Of a DNA stretch of 58,039 nucleotides, positions 53,890 through 58,039 are shown in pieces. The DNA is taken from IMG/VR virus record IMGVR_UViG_3300037246_001186, positions 1 to 58,039 of that record; one strand, written 5' to 3'. Source of the stretch: a virus. Its lineage: Duplodnaviria > Caudoviricetes. The notes beneath the pieces are model-generated. The model searched no databases and was not told where the DNA came from. It worked only from the letters and a program-made list of their open reading frames with translations. Position numbers and translations under genes: made by a program. Numbering within the stretch: position 1 is the stretch's first letter; each line of letters opens with the position of its first letter.

Positions 53890-54839
53890 CAGAACAACTC
53901 CGGCGCATTCTTCTTGGTTTCAGTGATGCAGCAGGCTCTTAGTCTCCGGAAGTTGACCGTCGGGAACTTGAGTTTCTTGACGGCACTCCACAGCTCCTCA
54001 GTGACCACGCAGTGGAATATGGTCTCCAGGAGCCGGGGGATGATTGTTTTTCTGTTGTTTTCGAGGATGGTTAGGTACTCGGATCTAACATGCCTTCCGA
54101 TCAATTTTGAGTAAGACCAAACGATCTTCGCCAGCTCCTTATCGACTAAAGCCCGAGTTATACAGCTCTGAGCAATGACGATCTCCGGTTGGACGGCACC
54201 CTCCTTGACGGTAGTTCCAAATTCTCTCTGATTGCTTTCCTTGAACTCGTTGTTCACGATCTTAGCCCAGGGCTGGCGCCCGTACTTGTTCGTCCAGCTG
54301 TAGTTCTTGAGAACGATGCCCTCGCCGATACCCCTGCCATCCGCGATGAGGTAGGTGTTGGCTTGCACTTGGGCTCTGAGCTGATCCTCGGTTGGGTTGT
54401 TTATGATGCAAAGAGGCTCGATCACTGGGATGTTCTTTGATAGGCACCAAGGGGCGTACTCAGTGTAATGGAGATACCCCCTGGTTTGCATGTCCCAGAT
54501 GTCAAAGATGTAGAAACGCCTCCAGGCGTCGTATCTATACGTTCTGAGGGTATGTGGGACTAACCACTCCCCATAGATGTTGTGGTGCATGAACTTGTGT
54601 AGCAGAGAGTCGAAAGTTGGAGAAGATTGTGCCATCTTGAAAAAGTTGTGGTTGTCCTTCTCTGCTGAGAGCACCCTGTTTCGTGATCCAGCACAGCCAA
54701 CGCCTAGCTCACTCAGCCAGACACTGGCGTTGGTGCCATCCAGCTTGGGAAAGACGTACACCTCGCCGATGTCGATGCCCTCGACTTCGCTGTTGCCATA
54801 CCTCTCCACATGGTCGAACTTTCTAAACAGGCTGGTCAT
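53889..54839 (-). CDS. ATP-dependent RNA ligase (Rnl2-like nucleotidyltransferase)
   Basis: Motif I KLDGTN, SRNR, YGEW, FYIFDI, EGIVLK, WAKIV. Confidence 0.85.
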   Translation of the reverse strand: MTSLFRKFDHVERYGNSEVEGIDIGEVYVFPKLDGTNASVWLSELGVGCAGSRNRVLSAEKDNHNFFKMAQSSPTFDSLLHKFMHHNIYGEWLVPHTLRTYRYDAWRRFYIFDIWDMQTRGYLHYTEYAPWCLSKNIPVIEPLCIINNPTEDQLRAQVQANTYLIADGRGIGEGIVLKNYSWTNKYGRQPWAKIVNNEFKESNQREFGTTVKEGAVQPEIVIAQSCITRALVDKELAKIVWSYSKLIGRHVRSEYLTILENNRKTIIPRLLETIFHCVVTEELWSAVKKLKFPTVNFRRLRACCITETKKNAPELF

Positions 54840-55338
54840 TGGCTTCCTCTGTGCTAGTCTTATTCAAGTTAATCACCTGAAATTTCGGCGATTTTTCCGG
54901 ATCCATATATTTCGTTACGCACACCACGTAGCCAGGCGGCAATGCGGCAACGTATTCAATGTTGCACCCGCAGAAGGGATCATCTAGATTTATATCGTGA
55001 TCGTTGAGGAGCCTGCGGAATCGCATTCCTGTCCAGAGTTCTGACGACACCAGGAAGTTCACCAAACCACAGTCACTATCCTGAAGCAGCTTGATCGCCT
55101 CCTTGATCTTCTCCATAGTGAGTTCTCCCGCCCCTGCTGTGTTGGTTGAGGAGTTGAACACTGGTCCATGACCGTCAGAACCCAACCAGCCCACCGGATC
55201 ATACTCAGCCTGATATAGGCGGTCGCTCTCCTCCATGTGGGCGAGGCAACAGAGTGCCAGGCCCGACACCTTCGACACGTAGAGGCCATCGTCGGTAATC
55301 GAGATTGGTCGAGTGCAATATCCGCAGCTAATCGGCAT
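54823..55338 (-). CDS. Hypothetical protein
   Basis: Coupled ORF; N-terminal CGYC. Confidence 0.55.
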   Translation of the reverse strand: MPISCGYCTRPISITDDGLYVSKVSGLALCCLAHMEESDRLYQAEYDPVGWLGSDGHGPVFNSSTNTAGAGELTMEKIKEAIKLLQDSDCGLVNFLVSSELWTGMRFRRLLNDHDINLDDPFCGCNIEYVAALPPGYVVCVTKYMDPEKSPKFQVINLNKTSTEEANDQPV

Positions 55339-55826
55339 CAGTCTGTGGGCTCAATTTCAAACTGCTCCTCAGTCTGCTCAGCCGCGGGGCAGGCTTCGAT
55401 TATGTATCCCTCGGCAGCGGTAGCGGCAGCATATTTCTCAATCAATCTCGACTGCTGCGCCACCGTGGCGATCAGATCCTGGCAGCGCTTGGTGAGCACA
55501 CCATTCTCCTTGACAACCCTGGCGTGAGACTCGTCGATCTCGTTCAGCTGATGGGTGAGGAAGCTGATAGTCATCTCCTTACCGGCCACGTTCTCACGGG
55601 CTTCACCGCGCATCTTGCCCAGCATCCGGATGCGCGTTCTAATGTTGGGGGTCTTGCAGTGAAGATCCGTCATCCCAAACTCATCCAGCTCCAGCGAGGC
55701 CAGATTCATCTCGCGGTTGGCGCACTTGGTCACCTCGATCTCAGCTTCAAGCAGTCTGGTGAGGTAATCAAGGCAGATGTCGGTGCGGGTGTGGCCGCAG
55801 ACTTTCAGTTGGCAATGCTTAATCAT
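55338..55826 (-). CDS. Coiled-coil hypothetical protein
   Basis: AGGAG SD; ATGA coupling. Confidence 0.6.
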   Translation of the reverse strand: MIKHCQLKVCGHTRTDICLDYLTRLLEAEIEVTKCANREMNLASLELDEFGMTDLHCKTPNIRTRIRMLGKMRGEARENVAGKEMTISFLTHQLNEIDESHARVVKENGVLTKRCQDLIATVAQQSRLIEKYAAATAAEGYIIEACPAAEQTEEQFEIEPTD

Positions 55827-56116
55827 CTTGTTTTCTCCTGTGGTGCAACCGAACACGACTGGTGAACGGTACAGGTTGGGTGCTCGCTTGGTTTGATGGG
55901 GCTTCGGATACGGCAAACATCCCCGTCAATGAAGATCACCTGGCAGATACCACAACGCTCCTCTTTATAACCTTTCCAGCTCCATGTGAATGGTCTGCCG
56001 TAGAAGAAGTGTGGGTCTATCGGGTCGGGGGTCTCGCCCAGCTTGCGCTTCAGCTCACGGATCTCCTCAGCCTGCTCGACGACCTTCATCCTGAGGCGCC
56101 CGATGTAAGTGTCCAT
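55823..56116 (-). CDS. Hypothetical protein (Zn-binding)
   Basis: CGIC...HQSC. Confidence 0.55.
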   Translation of the reverse strand: MDTYIGRLRMKVVEQAEEIRELKRKLGETPDPIDPHFFYGRPFTWSWKGYKEERCGICQVIFIDGDVCRIRSPIKPSEHPTCTVHQSCSVAPQEKTR

Positions 56117-56337
56117 CAGCTCTCCTTCCTTATTTCAACGTCGTCATATTCGTAAGTGGCGCGGATGAATAGCTCACCATTTTCGGCCAGCCACTGCTCA
56201 GCGGCGTGCTGGGTAGCGAACTTCTTGAACTGGAACTCACGCCCAGGATTCGTGATGCACCATCTCTCCGCAGGATCGCGGGCGCTCTTGTCCTCAATGA
56301 TGAGGGCCGTTGTGGTTGCGATGATGGCGAACTTCAT
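56116..56337 (-). CDS. Hypothetical protein
   Basis: Coupled ORF. Confidence 0.55.
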   Translation of the reverse strand: MKFAIIATTTALIIEDKSARDPAERWCITNPGREFQFKKFATQHAAEQWLAENGELFIRATYEYDDVEIRKES

Positions 56338-56888
56338 TGCTTCTTCCCCTTCTTGTAGCCTCGATTGCTCGGCGGGATACCACTGATCTTGGTGACATCG
56401 CGTCTTGACGCATCAGTCGGCTTCACCAACTTGATGCGCGAGGCACTGATCGTCCCAGTACTATACTTTCCCAGCACTCGGTAGTCAATGACACCCCCTG
56501 GATGTCTCTCAGTGAACCCAGTACAGAGGATCGTGACCTTGCCATTCGCTCCCTTCACTGCGCTCCCATCAGTCCGGAACAGACGCGCCTCGGCGCGCTC
56601 GATCAAGGGGGCGCCGTCAATCCCCACAGGGTGCTTGGTCTGGTCGTGCTCACTGATCTCGTGAGTGTGAATCATGTTGGAGTGCAAGGCCTGGCGCACT
56701 GGTCCCTCACGCATTGTGAGTGGGGCTTCGATTCCATTCCAGTAGGGTGGCGCATCACCCGCGCCTAGAGTGTATAGCTCATACCTAGCGCGGCCCAGCT
56801 CAGCACTTCCAAAGTCAAACACTTTGAATACTGACTGGTGGAACTTGATGGCCTCTCTCACGACCTTCAGCTTCTCAACTCTGTTCAT
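56334..56888 (-). CDS. Hypothetical protein
   Basis: Coupled ORF with GAGG SD. Confidence 0.6.
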   Translation of the reverse strand: MNRVEKLKVVREAIKFHQSVFKVFDFGSAELGRARYELYTLGAGDAPPYWNGIEAPLTMREGPVRQALHSNMIHTHEISEHDQTKHPVGIDGAPLIERAEARLFRTDGSAVKGANGKVTILCTGFTERHPGGVIDYRVLGKYSTGTISASRIKLVKPTDASRRDVTKISGIPPSNRGYKKGKKQ

Positions 56889-57217
56889 ACTATCCTCGGT
56901 TCTCCGGAGTAGACGCTACTCGGGATGGTGACACACTCTTTTCCGAACAGCGTGCCGGGGTGAGTTGGTTGCTCCCCCCGGATGGCGCGATCGTTCGCTC
57001 CTTCCCACTGACTCTGCGGGAAGAGCATAGGGCTACACTCCTTGAAATGATCGATCAGGATCTCAAAGTCATCAGAACCAATGATGATCGTACTATCGGG
57101 GATCATCTCGCGCAGGTTGTGCTGGAGCTGATCCATTAGACCACAGAGGATCTCCTCAGGCTTCTTCCTGCGGGGAGTCAGAGCGCTCATCCCATCATGA
57201 TTCTCAACTATGTTCAT
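56885..57217 (-). CDS. Hypothetical protein
   Basis: ATGA coupling. Confidence 0.55.
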   Translation of the reverse strand: MNIVENHDGMSALTPRRKKPEEILCGLMDQLQHNLREMIPDSTIIIGSDDFEILIDHFKECSPMLFPQSQWEGANDRAIRGEQPTHPGTLFGKECVTIPSSVYSGEPRIV

Positions 57218-57474
57218 TGGCTTTCCTCTCTTGCCAGGCAACAAAGCCTCATTTGTTCCACATTATCAGCATAGGCATGGTTATCAACAGTCTCCAGCGT
57301 GCACGTAACCACATGAGCATGAGAGGGTTTAATCCCAATGGAGGATAGAGGACTGAATTGCCCGCGATGCTGATCATCACTAGTCAGCATATTAGGGCTG
57401 CCAAGCTTCAGCTCAAACATCCCGCAACCGAGGTTGTCCACGCACATCCCTACGACATTGACCCGGTTACTCAC
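57214..57474 (-). CDS. Hypothetical protein
   Basis: GTGA coupling; AAGGAG SD. Confidence 0.5.
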   Translation of the reverse strand: MSNRVNVVGMCVDNLGCGMFELKLGSPNMLTSDDQHRGQFSPLSSIGIKPSHAHVVTCTLETVDNHAYADNVEQMRLCCLAREESQ

Positions 57475-57713
57475 TGATTCTCCTTCTGTCCTTGGGCAAG
57501 GAGGGCAACGCGCGTCAGGTGGTCGATGACTCTTTGACCCTTCGCGCTAACCTCGGTGCCTTTGTTCTTCGTCCATCCCAGCCTAATCGCTGCGTCTATG
57601 GATTGGTCTTGCATATGTCCTGGGAGCTGGTCCCAGGTGTTGTACATTTCTTCGCCTTTCGACGCCATCATGAAGAGTACCAGCGGCGTGCCAAGGATGA
57701 CTAGCTTACTCAT
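57471..57713 (-). CDS. Hypothetical protein
   Basis: Coupled ORF; 'LGW...VSAKG' winged-helix-like end. Confidence 0.55.
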   Translation of the reverse strand: MSKLVILGTPLVLFMMASKGEEMYNTWDQLPGHMQDQSIDAAIRLGWTKNKGTEVSAKGQRVIDHLTRVALLAQGQKENQ

Positions 57714-57966
57714 CGCGGATCCTAGCCTTCGCGCGGTAGTGGCCGTTGTTCTCCCCCATCAGTGAGCAGCCCGTCACCTCCATGTCTGCTAGCTCGCCTC
57801 CCAGCATCTGCGGCAATGGCTCGCCGACAGTCGGGCAGAGGGTCACCAGCATGGTCTTTCCATGTACCTCGCGCTCAGCAGTTGGAAGCGCATACCAGTC
57901 AGCCTCTCCCCCGACAACCTCCTTGATGCACCGACCTCCCCTATCGAATTGTCGCTTCCTTGCCAT
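57706..57966 (-). CDS. Hypothetical protein spanning the terminal repeat
   Basis: GGAGGT SD before MARKRQF. Confidence 0.6.
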   Translation of the reverse strand: MARKRQFDRGGRCIKEVVGGEADWYALPTAEREVHGKTMLVTLCPTVGEPLPQMLGGELADMEVTGCSLMGENNGHYRAKARIRDE

Positions 57967-58039
57967 GGTACCTCCGTGGAGGGGCACTGCCAGGTGCTCG
58001 GTGAGGGAGGAGAACGGCCCTCCCTGGCAGTGCCCGCTC
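57864..58039. repeat. Terminal direct repeat, copy 2
   Basis: Same 176 bp as the window start, one mismatch. Confidence 0.95.

Noticed and set aside
54823-55338. Capsid-fragment-like resemblance in the C-terminal half
   Set aside because: Too weak to support without a profile search.
60-57765. Numerous plus-strand ORFs in the ORF track
   Set aside because: They are antisense shadows of coupled minus-strand genes in GC-rich DNA; only the recombinase has recognisable motifs.

Overview
The window looks like a complete, circularised genome (~57.86 kb unique) of a GC-rich tailed dsDNA phage with siphovirus-type morphogenesis genes. Positions 1-176 repeat at 57864-58039 with one mismatch. Almost all genes are on the minus strand and many are translationally coupled. 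The only convincing plus-strand gene is a tyrosine recombinase. Modules, read along the minus strand: small accessory genes with an RNA ligase and two tRNAs (49-58 kb); an iteron-rich putative origin (48.4-48.9 kb); a family A DNA polymerase with non-canonical active-site residues; a repeat-rich control region with sigma28-like promoters (41.4-45.2 kb); the head and tail operon (21-41.4 kb); a glycan-tailoring cluster (GT4-GT9 fusion, GT2, two sulfotransferases, two SAM methyltransferases, phosphoesterase) running into replication genes (SNF2 helicase, cupin, dNMP kinase, sigma factor, primase-ATPase, HldE-like heptose kinase); and a phosphoesterase plus GGDEF diguanylate cyclase. The best candidate for a new system: exposed virion proteins are strongly enriched in Ser-Gly dipeptides while the phage carries heptose, glycosyl, sulfo and methyl transfer enzymes, which suggests the virion is coated with sulfated or methylated O-glycans. 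All calls rest on motifs and synteny read by eye; no searches were run.
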